DNA of 64,000 nt from a bacterium. Its GTDB lineage: Bacteria > Patescibacteriota > Minisyncoccia > UBA6257 > UBA9933. A program made the translations under genes and the position numbers. A model generated the notes under the pieces. The model saw only the letters and a list, made by a program, of their open reading frames with translations. It was not told the origin of the DNA and made no database searches. This document shows positions 1-9,144 of the stretch, in pieces. The stretch is taken from positions 144,360 through 208,359 of the forward strand of contig JAJYHZ010000001.1 of assembly GCA_021796335.1 (NCBI GenBank), in the 5' to 3' direction. Numbering within the stretch: the first letter of the stretch is position 1; each line of letters begins with the position of its first letter.

Positions 1-7
1 ATTTATT

Positions 8-40
8 AAAACCCGTCCCGCTAAGCGGACGGGTTTTTGG
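8..40. terminator. GC-rich hairpin (acccgtccc-gctaagc-ggacgggt) with U-runs on both sides; bidirectional intrinsic terminator for a gene upstream of the window
   Basis: Inverted repeat read directly from the sequence, followed by ttttt on + and flanked by an A-run (T-run on -). Confidence 0.5.
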
Positions 41-121
41 ACAAGTATTAATCTGTGTGATAACTTATAATCAGAAATTTTATCTAAAAATAACCGAAAA
101 ATCTGAAGGAGGAACAAGTCA

Positions 122-889
122 ATGATTGTCAAAGAAGGGAATTATGTCGAAGGTCGCCGCATCGAAGACGTATGGAGAGACTTGCTGTGGCTCACCGTCA
201 TGAAAGGTTACGATTTTGTGGTAAAGGGAGGGAGCTATGTCGGGCAGATAAGAAAGCAGCTTGATCTAGTTTCTTTTCGTATCACAAATCCCGGAGAACG
301 TCCGCTTGCACCCATAATGACCGGCGGCCGTAAGGCACCGACATCGGATGAGGCGATCGATATGTACTTCGCCAACTATCTAATAGATACAACGTTGGCT
401 GAAAACGAGCAGTACAAATATTCGACCTACATCAGTCCGCAAGTGGACAGGATAGTCGAACTCATCCTCAAATCCATAGGCGGAACCAATCAGGCCTGCA
501 TCTCGGTCGGAGACGTTGGATCGGTAAACTTACCTGACCCTCCTTGCCTGAGGGTGATGAGTTTCAAGGTTGTGAAGGGTAAGTTGAACTGCTCGGTTTT
601 CTTCAGGTCATGGGACCTTGTTACCGGTCTTCCGCAGAACATCGGAGGGTTTCAGCTTATGAAAGAGTTCGTTCTCTCTAAACTGAAGGAAAACGAACTT
701 AATCTCCAGGATGGCGAGATGATTGGCTATAGTGATGGTCTTCATATTTATGAGCAGTATTTTGAGTTGGTAGACGGCCTCACTGTGGACAAAATCCGCA
801 TAGATCCCGAAGTGTTAAAAGATCAGCAAGAGTTTTTGGCAAGCAATGAATATAAAGCCGTAGTTGCCAAGAACGCTACCGCTATGTAA
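122..889 (+). CDS. thyA: Thymidylate synthase (ThyA fold), divergent
   Basis: The LPDPPCLRV...FFRSWDLVTGLPQNIGGF stretch matches the ThyA core (PPC catalytic Cys, R-S-x-D, Asn of the PFNI-like motif that selects dUMP). Strong RBS ggagg 9 nt upstream. The N-terminal half is divergent from E. coli ThyA. Confidence 0.65.
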   Translation: MIVKEGNYVEGRRIEDVWRDLLWLTVMKGYDFVVKGGSYVGQIRKQLDLVSFRITNPGERPLAPIMTGGRKAPTSDEAIDMYFANYLIDTTLAENEQYKYSTYISPQVDRIVELILKSIGGTNQACISVGDVGSVNLPDPPCLRVMSFKVVKGKLNCSVFFRSWDLVTGLPQNIGGFQLMKEFVLSKLKENELNLQDGEMIGYSDGLHIYEQYFELVDGLTVDKIRIDPEVLKDQQEFLASNEYKAVVAKNATAM

Positions 890-919
890 ATATGTAAAAT
901 TGTGTTAACTATAAAATAA

Positions 920-944
920 AAGGGGGCAATCGCCCCCTTTTAAA
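920..944 (+). terminator. Intrinsic terminator after the thyA-like gene (agggggc-aatc-gccccct + T-run)
   Basis: Perfect 6-bp GC stem, 4-nt loop, then ttttaaa. Confidence 0.6.
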
Positions 945-985
945 TTCGCTTTGACAAAAAAATTTTTGAATCTATTATTAACTTA

Positions 986-1474
986 ATGGAACAAAATTCA
1001 TCTCGTCCCACCTGGGATGAATATTTTATAAACCTCATTCAGACAATCGGCACTCGGGCAACTTGTGATCGGGGAAGATCGGGCTGCGTCGTTGTTCGAG
1101 ATAAGAGAATCTTGACGAGCGGATATGTCGGATCCCCGATTGGCACAAAACATTGTGATGACGTTGGCCATGAAATGCACTCTGTTATTCACGAAGATGG
1201 AACTCAAACTCGCCATTGCATAAGGACGGCTCATGCGGAGCAAAATGCTATTGCTAATGCCGCGCGCTTTGGCGTAGCCCTTGATGGCTCAACTTTATAT
1301 TGCAAAATGACGCCTTGTTATGCTTGCGCCAAAATGATTATTAATGCGGGAATTAAACGCGTTGTTTGTGAGAAGGATTATCATGCCGGCCAACGCAGTA
1401 AGGAAATTTTTCGAGAAGCTGGCATAGAATATAATTTAGTAAATAATGAAGTCCAAACCTATGCCGACATGTAA
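986..1474 (+). CDS. dCMP (deoxycytidylate) deaminase
   Basis: HAEQNAI and PCYACAKMI zinc-binding motifs of the cytidine/dCMP deaminase family; size 162 aa. Confidence 0.85.
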   Translation: MEQNSSRPTWDEYFINLIQTIGTRATCDRGRSGCVVVRDKRILTSGYVGSPIGTKHCDDVGHEMHSVIHEDGTQTRHCIRTAHAEQNAIANAARFGVALDGSTLYCKMTPCYACAKMIINAGIKRVVCEKDYHAGQRSKEIFREAGIEYNLVNNEVQTYADM

Positions 1475-2045
1475 TAACTCCAAAATAATTGCGCTCCTCG
1501 GCCTTCCGGGATCGGGCAAAACAGAAGTCATAGATTATCTTATCAAAAAATATAATTGGCCAAAGGTCTATTTTGGCGATGTTACATTTGACGAAATAAA
1601 AAAAAGGAAATTAGAAATTAATGAAAAAAACGAACGATTTGTTCGGGAAGACCTTAGAAAAAAATACGGGCAATTATATTACGCTAAACAGGTCATTAAA
1701 AAAATCAAAAAAATAAATTCAAAAACCATTCTTGTTGAAAGCTTATATTCCTGGGATGAATATTTGCGATTTAAGAAAGAATTTAATAATTGCTTTATTG
1801 CGATTGCTATATACTCGTCACCCCAAACCCGTTATAACAGATTAAAAAACAGGCCAATTCGGCCATTGACCCCTCAAGAAACCCAGGGTCGGGATTATTC
1901 CCAATTGGAAAATCTTAAACAAGGAAGTCCTATTGCCTTGGCAGATTTTACCATAATTAATGAAGGAACAAAAAGTGAGTTAATAAATAAAATAAATAAG
2001 ATTATTAAAAACTATTTTAATGAAACTCAAAATTCAAAAAATTAA
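1446..2045 (+). CDS. P-loop nucleoside/nucleotide kinase (Walker A GLPGSGKT); possibly a dNMP or dephospho-CoA-like kinase
   Basis: Walker A motif near the N-terminus; ~190 aa; embedded between dCMP deaminase and dUTPase. The start codon is ambiguous (Met at 1446 or 1461); it overlaps the deaminase 3' end. Confidence 0.5.
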   Translation: MKSKPMPTCNNSKIIALLGLPGSGKTEVIDYLIKKYNWPKVYFGDVTFDEIKKRKLEINEKNERFVREDLRKKYGQLYYAKQVIKKIKKINSKTILVESLYSWDEYLRFKKEFNNCFIAIAIYSSPQTRYNRLKNRPIRPLTPQETQGRDYSQLENLKQGSPIALADFTIINEGTKSELINKINKIIKNYFNETQNSKN

Positions 2046-2448
2046 TTCGGAAGCTGTTTTGCCGAACTTTGCCAAACCCGGTGATGCTGGATTAGATTTT
2101 TATTCGGCAGAAAATATTACTTTAAAACCTGACCAGCGACAAGCAATAAGAACCGGAATTAAAATGGAAATTCCTGATGGCTATGTTGGCTTAATTTGGG
2201 ACAAAAGCGGCTTATCTATAAATAGTGGTTTAAAAGTAATCGGCGGAGTAATCGATTCCGGTTATCGGGGCGAAATTAAAATCGGGTTATTGAATATAGG
2301 AAATGAAGGTTTTGAAATAAAAGCAAAAATGAAAATAGCTCAGATGTTAATTCAAAAAGTTGAATACCCGGAAATAATAGAGGAGGCTAATAGCCTCAGC
2401 AAAACCAAAAGGGGCGAGGCCGGCTTTGGTAGCACGGGCATAATTTAG
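2020..2448 (+). CDS. dut: dUTP diphosphatase (dUTPase)
   Basis: The AGLDFYS, GLIWDKSGL and IDSGYRGEI motifs are typical trimeric dUTPase motifs; 142 aa. Confidence 0.9.
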   Translation: MKLKIQKINSEAVLPNFAKPGDAGLDFYSAENITLKPDQRQAIRTGIKMEIPDGYVGLIWDKSGLSINSGLKVIGGVIDSGYRGEIKIGLLNIGNEGFEIKAKMKIAQMLIQKVEYPEIIEEANSLSKTKRGEAGFGSTGII

Positions 2449-2478
2449 GTTTGTGTTAATGTGTTAAATTGTGGATAA

Positions 2479-2516
2479 CCAATCAAATTTTGAGCGATCG
2501 CTCAAAATTTGATTGG
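2479..2516. repeat. Perfect 38-bp palindrome ccaatcaaattttgagcgatcgctcaaaatttgattgg (17-bp arms around GATC)
   Basis: The reverse complement equals itself; it lies between dut and the r-protein operon and has no T-run after it. Confidence 0.9.
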
Positions 2517-2559
2517 GGCTGGTTTCGGTTTATTCGGTTAATCCCGTATCGCGGCGTCA

Positions 2560-2588
2560 TTGACAGCCAAATTACTATCTGTTAATAT
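2560..2588 (+). promoter_or_regulatory. Sigma70-like promoter candidate (TTGACA, 17-bp spacer, TAATAT) for the rplC operon
   Basis: Consensus -35 and a near-consensus -10 with ideal spacing, ~135 nt upstream of rplC. Confidence 0.45.
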
Positions 2589-2684
2589 TTTTAAGTATAA
2601 AAATTTATTATAGATGTTGCATTTCTGTTGCGCATATACTACAATTTTTATCACGCCAAAATAATTCTAAAGATTTAGCTGAAG

Positions 2685-2722
2685 AAATAAATGAGGGGCT
2701 AAATCCCTCATTTTATTTGCAT
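2685..2722 (+). promoter_or_regulatory. Leader stem-loop (aaataaatgaggg-gctaaat-ccctcatttt-atttg) ending 2 nt before the rplC start codon; possible attenuator or translational operator
   Basis: ~10-bp stem plus extension, followed by a T-rich tract; it occupies the position where an RBS would be. Confidence 0.4.
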
Positions 2723-2723
2723 C

Positions 2724-3323
2724 ATGAAATTTATTCTCGGCAAAAAAATAAAAATGACTCAAATTTGGAAAAATGACAAGGTTGTTCCCGTAACCTTAGT
2801 TCAAGCCGGTCCGGTAACTGTTACTCAAATCAGGTCAAAAGATAAAGACGGCTATGAAGCTGTTCAGGTTGGCTTTGATGCAACCAAGAAGAAATTGAAT
2901 AAACCGGAAAAAGGTCATTTAAAAGATCTGGGAAATTTCCGACATTTGAAAGAATTCAAAGCAAACAAAGAATACAAAGTGGGCGATGTTCTGAATGTTG
3001 CCCAATTCGTTGAAGGAGACAAGATTAGAATAAGCGGATTTAATAAGGGTCGCGGTTTCCAGGGCGGAGTCAAAAGGCATAATTTTGCCGGCGGGCCAAA
3101 AACCCACGGCCAAAAAAACAGATTTCGAGCCCCTGGTTCAATTGGATCAACCGCTCCGCAAAGAGTTCTGCCGGGACTAAAAATGGCCGGTCACATGGGA
3201 GTTGAAAGAACTACGATTAAAAACGCCAGAGTTATTGATACTGATAAAGAAAAAAATATTTTGATGATCAAAGGGCCTGTTCCTGGCATGAAGGGAACAT
3301 TATTAGAAATTACCGCCAACTAA
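2724..3323 (+). CDS. rplC: 50S ribosomal protein L3
   Basis: MKFILGKKIKMTQIW...VTLVQAGP N-terminus and overall L3 conservation. Confidence 0.95.
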   Translation: MKFILGKKIKMTQIWKNDKVVPVTLVQAGPVTVTQIRSKDKDGYEAVQVGFDATKKKLNKPEKGHLKDLGNFRHLKEFKANKEYKVGDVLNVAQFVEGDKIRISGFNKGRGFQGGVKRHNFAGGPKTHGQKNRFRAPGSIGSTAPQRVLPGLKMAGHMGVERTTIKNARVIDTDKEKNILMIKGPVPGMKGTLLEITAN

Positions 3324-3341
3324 CGACTAAGAGCTATTTCA

Positions 3342-3980
3342 ATGAAAGTAGAAATTTTCGACAAACAGAATAAAAAAAGCGGAGAAATTGCCTTATCAGA
3401 CAAGGTTTTTGATGTTGAGTTGAATAAAAATCTGATTCACCAGGCGATTACGACTCACATGGCCAATTCCAGAAAGCCCTGGGCGCACGTCAAAGACAGG
3501 GGAGAAGTTTCCGGAGGAGGCAAAAAACCATGGAAACAAAAAGGAACCGGCCGCGCGCGACACGGATCAATCCGCTCTCCGTTATGGATCGGCGGAGGAG
3601 TGACCCATGGACCCAGAAACGAAAGAGATTTCTCCAAGAAACTTAATAAAAAAATGAAGCAATTGGCGACTTTTATGGCCTTATCCCAAAAATTGAGGGA
3701 TAAGGAATTGATAATTGTCGACGAACTGGGTAATTCTAAGAAAACAAAAGATTGGACAAACATTTTGAAAAATTTTATTGATTTAAGAACAAAAACCGCA
3801 TTAATCCTGGAAGCGGCGAATAAAAACAGCGCCAAGGCCATTTCCAATATTAAAAATATCGATACATTGTGTCCGAAATCCTTAAATGCTTATGACTTAT
3901 TCAGGAGTAAATATATTATTTTAGAATCAAAAGCAGTCGAAGAAATCCAAAATCACTACAAAAATATTTCTAATTCCTAA
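3342..3980 (+). CDS. rplD: 50S ribosomal protein L4
   Basis: GGGKKPWKQKGTGRARHGSIRSP motif. Confidence 0.93.
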   Translation: MKVEIFDKQNKKSGEIALSDKVFDVELNKNLIHQAITTHMANSRKPWAHVKDRGEVSGGGKKPWKQKGTGRARHGSIRSPLWIGGGVTHGPRNERDFSKKLNKKMKQLATFMALSQKLRDKELIIVDELGNSKKTKDWTNILKNFIDLRTKTALILEAANKNSAKAISNIKNIDTLCPKSLNAYDLFRSKYIILESKAVEEIQNHYKNISNS

Positions 3981-3997
3981 TTATCCTAATTTCTAAA

Positions 3998-4345
3998 ATG
4001 GCTACCAAAAAGCAAAAAATTGAAGACGTAAAAAATGAAAAGAATCTTGTTGCCGCGAATGATTTTTCCAATGTCTTTGCCGTAAAAAATCCGTGGGTAA
4101 GCGAGAAAGCGTATTCGCTGTCGCAGCTTGGGCAGTATGTTTTTTTGGTTAATCCGCAAACGAATAAAAACGAAGTTAAAAAAGCGGTTAAGGTGATTTA
4201 TAAAGTGGATCCGATTTCCGTCAATATCGTAAATCTTCCCGGGAAATCGAAAAAATTCGGGCAGATTAAAGGCAAGAAATCCGGATATAAGAAAGCAATT
4301 GTAAAACTAAAAGAAGGCCAAAAGATCGATATCATGCCCGCGTAA
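3998..4345 (+). CDS. rplW: 50S ribosomal protein L23
   Basis: Position between L4 and L2, size, and L23-like sequence. Confidence 0.85.
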   Translation: MATKKQKIEDVKNEKNLVAANDFSNVFAVKNPWVSEKAYSLSQLGQYVFLVNPQTNKNEVKKAVKVIYKVDPISVNIVNLPGKSKKFGQIKGKKSGYKKAIVKLKEGQKIDIMPA

Positions 4346-4350
4346 AAATT

Positions 4351-5172
4351 ATGAAAAAATATACACCGACAACCGCATCAAGAAGGCAAATGACTAATGT
4401 CGATTACGATCAGATCAGTAAAACCAGGCCAATAAAGAGGCTGACTGTTCGCTTGGCGAAAAGAGCCGGGAGAAATAATCAAGGCAGGATCACGACTCGG
4501 CATCAGGGCGGCGGGAATAAAAATCTTTACAGGATAATTGATTTTAAACAGAACAAAGTGAATATTCCGGCAAGGGTGGAGGCTATTGAATACGATCCGT
4601 ACAGGACCGCCTTTATCGCCAGAATTATTTATAAAGACGGCGAAAGAAATTATATCTTGGCGCCCAAAGATTTGAAAATTGGTGATGAAATTGTTACATT
4701 GGAAAGCGCGCCGCTTAAAACCGGAAATCGATTGGTTTTAAAAAATATTCCAGTCGGTTACTTTGTTTACAATATTGAGCTGAAACTTGGGAGAGGAGGG
4801 CAAATAGCCAGATCGGCTGGCGCGTATGCCCAAATATTGGCTCAAGAAGGAAATACAACCCATTTAAAACTTTCTTCCGGTGAAATCCGAAAAGTTCTGG
4901 GAAATTGTTTTGCTTCAATCGGTCAGGCTTCAAATATTGAACATAATTTGGTTAATATTGGAAAAGCCGGTCATACACGACATCTTGGAATCAGGCCGAC
5001 CGTCCGTGGCACTGCCATGAACCCCGTTGATCATCCTTATGGCGGCGGCGAAGGCAGACAAAGAAGAGGCACAAAGAGACCAAAAACCTTGTGGGGCAAA
5101 GTTACCGGAGGCAGAAAAACAAGGAAGAAAAAGAAATGGTCAAATAAATTAATCGTAAAAAGAAGGAAATAA
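4351..5172 (+). CDS. rplB: 50S ribosomal protein L2
   Basis: [16 protein letters not shown] and [11 protein letters not shown] motifs; basic C-tail. Confidence 0.95.
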   Translation: MKKYTPTTASRRQMTNVDYDQISKTRPIKRLTVRLAKRAGRNNQGRITTRHQGGGNKNLYRIIDFKQNKVNIPARVEAIEYDPYRTAFIARIIYKDGERNYILAPKDLKIGDEIVTLESAPLKTGNRLVLKNIPVGYFVYNIELKLGRGGQIARSAGAYAQILAQEGNTTHLKLSSGEIRKVLGNCFASIGQASNIEHNLVNIGKAGHTRHLGIRPTVRGTAMNPVDHPYGGGEGRQRRGTKRPKTLWGKVTGGRKTRKKKKWSNKLIVKRRK

Positions 5173-5178
5173 AAAACA

Positions 5179-5481
5179 ATGAGCAGATCAAGTAAAAAAG
5201 GTCCATATGTCGATTCGAAACTGCTGAAAAAAATCGCCAATTTAAGGCCGGGCGGAAAAGAAATAATTAAAACCTGGTCTCGCGATTCTGAGGTTTCACC
5301 GGAAATGATCGGATTTACTTTTGGCGTTCATAACGGGAAAGACTTTGTAAACGTAAGAATCACCGAGGATATGGTTGGCCACAGATTAGGAGAATTTTCA
5401 TTGACCAGAAAATTCGTTCGCCATGGAGGTAAAATGCAAAAAGAGCTGGAAAGAAAAGCAGCCGCTCCCGGAGGTAAATAA
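5179..5481 (+). CDS. rpsS: 30S ribosomal protein S19
   Basis: [13 protein letters not shown]-terminus, typical of S19. Confidence 0.93.
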   Translation: MSRSSKKGPYVDSKLLKKIANLRPGGKEIIKTWSRDSEVSPEMIGFTFGVHNGKDFVNVRITEDMVGHRLGEFSLTRKFVRHGGKMQKELERKAAAPGGK

Positions 5482-5504
5482 ATCGTTAAAATCAAAAGAT
5501 CAAA

Positions 5505-6050
5505 ATGACCAACAGTAAAGAAAAACAATTGCAAACAGCTCAATTAAAGCACCTGAGAATGGCTCCGCGCAAAGTGCGTCTGGTTGCTGGTTTACTCAAG
5601 GGTATGTCTGTTAATAATGCCGAAGCGCAGTTATTGGTAAATCCGAAAAGAGCGACAGAGCCGCTGTTGAAGTTGTTAAAATCAGCAATTTCTAACGCTA
5701 AAAATCAGCAAATGGACGTTGAGAAGCTTTTTATAAAGGAAATCAGGGTTGACGGCGCGCCAATGTTAAAAAGATGGTTGCCTCGAGCGCAGGGACGAGC
5801 TACTCCTATTCAAAAAAAAGGAAGCCATATCACAATTATTTTGGCGGAGTCTGAAAAAATTAAACCCTCCAGATTTAAAATTGCGGAAGTAGAAAAACCG
5901 AAAAAATCCCAAAAAGCCGACGAGCATGAACATGAGCATGAACACGAGCATGTCCATGACCATGAATATGAGCATATTGAGAAAAAAGAAAAATTAACCC
6001 AAGACGGCAAAGGATTTTCCAAAAAAATATTCAGAAGAAAGGCAGTATAA
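5505..6050 (+). CDS. rplV: 50S ribosomal protein L22 with a ~60-aa C-terminal extension containing a His-Glu repeat (HEHEHEHEHVHDHEYEH)
   Basis: The L22 core (RMAPRKVRLVAGLLKG) plus a tail encoded by an imperfect cat-gaa/cat-gag hexanucleotide repeat at ~5920-5975. Confidence 0.9.
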   Translation: MTNSKEKQLQTAQLKHLRMAPRKVRLVAGLLKGMSVNNAEAQLLVNPKRATEPLLKLLKSAISNAKNQQMDVEKLFIKEIRVDGAPMLKRWLPRAQGRATPIQKKGSHITIILAESEKIKPSRFKIAEVEKPKKSQKADEHEHEHEHEHVHDHEYEHIEKKEKLTQDGKGFSKKIFRRKAV

Positions 6051-6119
6051 TAATTAAATTATCAGATTTTAGTCTTTAGTATTTAAAATCTAACTAATAA
6101 TAACTAAAAATTATTTCAA

Positions 6120-6827
6120 ATGGGTCATAAGATTAAACCAACTTCATTAAGGATCGGAGTTATCAAAGATTGGAATGCGCGATGGTTCCCGAAGAAACGG
6201 AATTTCAAAACTCTTTTAGAAGAAGATGTTTTGATTCGCAAAATTATTGACGATAAAATTTCTCAGGCTGAAATTGACAGAATCTCTATTGAAAGAGTTG
6301 GCGATTCCGTAAAAATATTCATCAAAACCGCCAAACCGGGCTTGATTATCGGCCGTGGCGGAAAAGGAATTGAGGACTTGACTAGATTGCTGGAAAAGAA
6401 AATCAATAATATCCGTGCTTTGAAAAAAATAAAAAAATTGGGCGGATTAAATTTAAATATCGAAGAATTGAAAAGAACTGAAATTTCTGCCGGTGTCATT
6501 GCCCAAAATATCGCGAAAGATTTAGAAAGAAGAATGCCGTTTCGCAGAGTTATTAAAAGGCAGTTGGATCAGATTTTGCAGTTCCGTGGCGTCAAAGGTG
6601 CTAAAATCAGGGTTTCCGGACGCTTAAATGGAGCTGACATCGCTCGAGCCGAAGTGCTGTCAAAAGGAACAATCCCTCTTCAGACACTCAGAGCCGATAT
6701 TGATTATGCAGAAGGAACTGCATATACGACGTACGGAACTATTGGAATAAAAGTTTGGATTAATAAAGGGGAAATATTTAACGAAAAAGGCGAAGCTGAA
6801 CAAAAAGGAAGAAATAAAAATAGCTAA
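6120..6827 (+). CDS. rpsC: 30S ribosomal protein S3
   Basis: MGHKIKPTSLRIGVIKDWNARWF N-terminus; KH domain. Confidence 0.95.
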   Translation: MGHKIKPTSLRIGVIKDWNARWFPKKRNFKTLLEEDVLIRKIIDDKISQAEIDRISIERVGDSVKIFIKTAKPGLIIGRGGKGIEDLTRLLEKKINNIRALKKIKKLGGLNLNIEELKRTEISAGVIAQNIAKDLERRMPFRRVIKRQLDQILQFRGVKGAKIRVSGRLNGADIARAEVLSKGTIPLQTLRADIDYAEGTAYTTYGTIGIKVWINKGEIFNEKGEAEQKGRNKNS

Positions 6828-6842
6828 TAGCTGATAACTAAC

Positions 6843-7253
6843 GTGTTAATACCAAAAAAAGTAAAACATAGAAAATGGCAGAAGGGACGCTCAAAAAGCA
6901 GAACCGTTGAAACCAGAGGAACTCAATTGGAGTTTGGCGGCTATGGATTGCAAGCAATGGAGAGTGCCTGGATGAACTCCCGCCAGATAGAAGCGGCCAG
7001 AAAAGCAATCGCGTTTTTTACGAAAAAAGGAGGAAAGACTTGGATTAGAATTTTTCCCGATAAGCCGATTACCAAAAAACCGCCGGAAGTTACATTGGGA
7101 GGCGGTAAAGGATCCGTCGATCATTATGTTTTCCCTGTTAAGCCCGGAAGAATATTGTTTGAACTTGATGGATTGAGAGAAGAAGATATTGTCAAAGCGT
7201 TGACCAGAGCCGGCCATAAACTTCCGGTTAAAACCAGGATAATTAAGAAATAA
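6843..7253 (+). CDS. rplP: 50S ribosomal protein L16 (GTG start)
   Basis: [17 protein letters not shown]-terminus. Confidence 0.93.
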   Translation: MLIPKKVKHRKWQKGRSKSRTVETRGTQLEFGGYGLQAMESAWMNSRQIEAARKAIAFFTKKGGKTWIRIFPDKPITKKPPEVTLGGGKGSVDHYVFPVKPGRILFELDGLREEDIVKALTRAGHKLPVKTRIIKK

Positions 7254-7337
7254 TGACGATAATGCCTGCCTGAATATCGAAGAGGCGGGTAAATATAATT
7301 GTATATCATTACTGCGACGATTAAATAAACTTGTATT

Positions 7338-7535
7338 ATGAAAAATAGCGAATTACAACAATTAAAAAACAAATCAATTGCCGAACTTCAAAAAGATTTA
7401 TCTGAGAATAAAATTAAACTTAGAAGCTTGAAATTTGATTTGGCAGCTGGTAAGGTGAAAAACGTTCAAGAAATAAGAAAAATAAAAAAACTGATTGCGA
7501 TGATTTTAACATTGTTAAATAGCCAGAAACAATAA
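7338..7535 (+). CDS. rpmC: 50S ribosomal protein L29
   Basis: Small helical protein with the L29 pattern LQQLKNKSIAELQKDL. Confidence 0.85.
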   Translation: MKNSELQQLKNKSIAELQKDLSENKIKLRSLKFDLAAGKVKNVQEIRKIKKLIAMILTLLNSQKQ

Positions 7536-7537
7536 TT

Positions 7538-7768
7538 ATGAAAAGAAGATTACAGGGAACCGTAGTTTCCGACAAAATGAATAAGACTAGAATTGTTGCG
7601 ATTACCAGGCTAAAAGAGCATTTAAGATATAAAAAATATTTCAAAACCACCGAAAGATTTAAAGCGCATGATGAAAAAAACGAATTCAAATCGGGCGATG
7701 TCGTGATTATTGAAGAAACCAGGCCACTATCAAAAGATAAAAGATGGAAAATTATTAGCAAATTATAA
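7538..7768 (+). CDS. rpsQ: 30S ribosomal protein S17
   Basis: RLQGTVVSDKMNKTRIV...GDVVIIEETRPLSK pattern. Confidence 0.92.
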   Translation: MKRRLQGTVVSDKMNKTRIVAITRLKEHLRYKKYFKTTERFKAHDEKNEFKSGDVVIIEETRPLSKDKRWKIISKL

Positions 7769-7785
7769 ACCATCAACTAAAGGCG

Positions 7786-8154
7786 ATGATTCAAGAAAGA
7801 TCATTATTAAAAGTTGCAGATAACAGCGGTGCCAAAATAATCCGATGCTTTCGGATTTTGGGCGGCACAAAAAGACGATACGCAAGGCTCGGCGATGTTT
7901 TTATAGCGTCAGTCCAGATCGCGGAACCGCGCAAAGCCGTTAAGAAAAAAGACAAAATCAGAGCGGTTTTAGTCAGGCAAAGCAAGGTAACCAAAAGACC
8001 GGATGGCACGTATTTCCGATTTGACGAAAACGCCGCCGTTGTCGTCAATGCCAAAAATGAACCGGTTGCGACAAGAATTTTCGGCCCTATTCCGAGAGAA
8101 TTAAAAGAAAAAGGTTTTGAAAAAATCGTAACAATGGCGGAGGAAATAGTGTAA
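7786..8154 (+). CDS. rplN: 50S ribosomal protein L14
   Basis: MIQERSLLKVADNSGAK N-terminus. Confidence 0.95.
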   Translation: MIQERSLLKVADNSGAKIIRCFRILGGTKRRYARLGDVFIASVQIAEPRKAVKKKDKIRAVLVRQSKVTKRPDGTYFRFDENAAVVVNAKNEPVATRIFGPIPRELKEKGFEKIVTMAEEIV

Positions 8155-8231
8155 TATAATCCAAATTAACCAATGTTATCCGAATAAATATTTGTAAATT
8201 TAGATGCAATTCGTAAGTTGGGATTACAATA

Positions 8232-8537
8232 ATGAAAATAGTAAAAGGCGATACAATTAAATTAATTAAAGGAAAAGACAGAGGAAAAACCGGAAAGGTT
8301 TTAAAAGTAATACCGTCAGATGACAGGATTCTGGCGGAGGGTTTGAATATGTACAAAAAGCATGTTCGGCCGAAAAAACAGGGTGAAAAAGGGGAAACGG
8401 TTATTATTCCCAGGCCGTTTAACGCAGCAAACGCCATGGTTGTGTGTTCAAACTGTGATAAACCAACCAGAATCGGCTATGCGATCGAAAACGGCAAAAA
8501 ACAACGGATTTGCAAAAAATGTAAAGCGAGAATATAA
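8232..8537 (+). CDS. rplX: 50S ribosomal protein L24 (KOW) with a C-terminal CxxC...CxxC zinc-ribbon-like tail
   Basis: KIVKGDTIKLIKGKDRGKTGKV KOW motif; the C-terminus reads CSNCDKPTRIGYAIENGKKQRICKKC. Confidence 0.88.
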   Translation: MKIVKGDTIKLIKGKDRGKTGKVLKVIPSDDRILAEGLNMYKKHVRPKKQGEKGETVIIPRPFNAANAMVVCSNCDKPTRIGYAIENGKKQRICKKCKARI

Positions 8538-8538
8538 A

Positions 8539-9096
8539 ATGAGGGAATTATTATTAAAAGAAAAATATTATAAAGAAATTGTTCCGAAGCTTAAAGAAGA
8601 ATTGAAGCTGAAAAATAATTTAATGGCGCCTAAAATCAATAAGGTTGTCGTTAATATCGGCATTGGCCGAATGAGTCAGCAGGCGAACTTCCAAGACAGG
8701 ATTTTGCCGGAAATTATCAAAGATTTGACAATCGTTACCGGACAAAAGCCGAAGCCGACTACCGCCAAAAAATCGATTTCCGGATTCAAATTGAGACAAG
8801 GCCAGATTATCGGATTGAAAGTTACTTTAAGAAGGTCACGAATGTATGATTTTATGGATAAGATCATTAAAACGGTTTTTCCCCGAGTTCGCGATTTTAA
8901 AGGTATCGATTTGAAAAATATCGACAAAAACGGTAATCTTTCAATCGGCCTCAAAGAACACGTGGTTTTCCCTGAGATTAGTCCTGAAACGTCCAAAGTT
9001 GATTTTGGATTGGAAATAACAGTCGTCGCAAAGGCTCGAAACAAGGATGAAGCAATCAAGCTATATCGATTAATCGGCATTCCACTGAAAAAGTAG
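8539..9096 (+). CDS. rplE: 50S ribosomal protein L5
   Basis: The ATG at 8539 immediately follows the L24 stop. The upstream in-frame extension (from 8362) overlaps rplX and is judged artefactual. Confidence 0.92.
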   Translation: MRELLLKEKYYKEIVPKLKEELKLKNNLMAPKINKVVVNIGIGRMSQQANFQDRILPEIIKDLTIVTGQKPKPTTAKKSISGFKLRQGQIIGLKVTLRRSRMYDFMDKIIKTVFPRVRDFKGIDLKNIDKNGNLSIGLKEHVVFPEISPETSKVDFGLEITVVAKARNKDEAIKLYRLIGIPLKK

Positions 9097-9144
9097 TTAT
9101 TATAAATAATACTGCTAATTACTAATAATTAAAAAATATTTAAA

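Noticed and set aside
5920-5975. Hexanucleotide cat-gaa/cat-gag repeat considered as a CRISPR or non-coding microsatellite
   Set aside because: It is in frame within rplV and encodes the His-Glu tail. There is no repeat-spacer architecture, and no CRISPR arrays were seen anywhere in the window.
3455-8437. Many minus-strand ORFs (e.g. 3455-3847, 4715-4933, 5766-6022, 6263-6499, 6891-7217, 7420-7776, 8087-8437) antisense to ribosomal protein genes
   Set aside because: They are fully embedded antisense to highly conserved r-protein CDSs. Their low-complexity products are typical of spurious ORFs in AT-rich DNA.
8362-8538. Upstream in-frame extension of the rplE ORF (track start 8362)
   Set aside because: It overlaps the 3' half of rplX in another frame. 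The conserved L5 N-terminus begins at the ATG at 8539 directly after the L24 stop.
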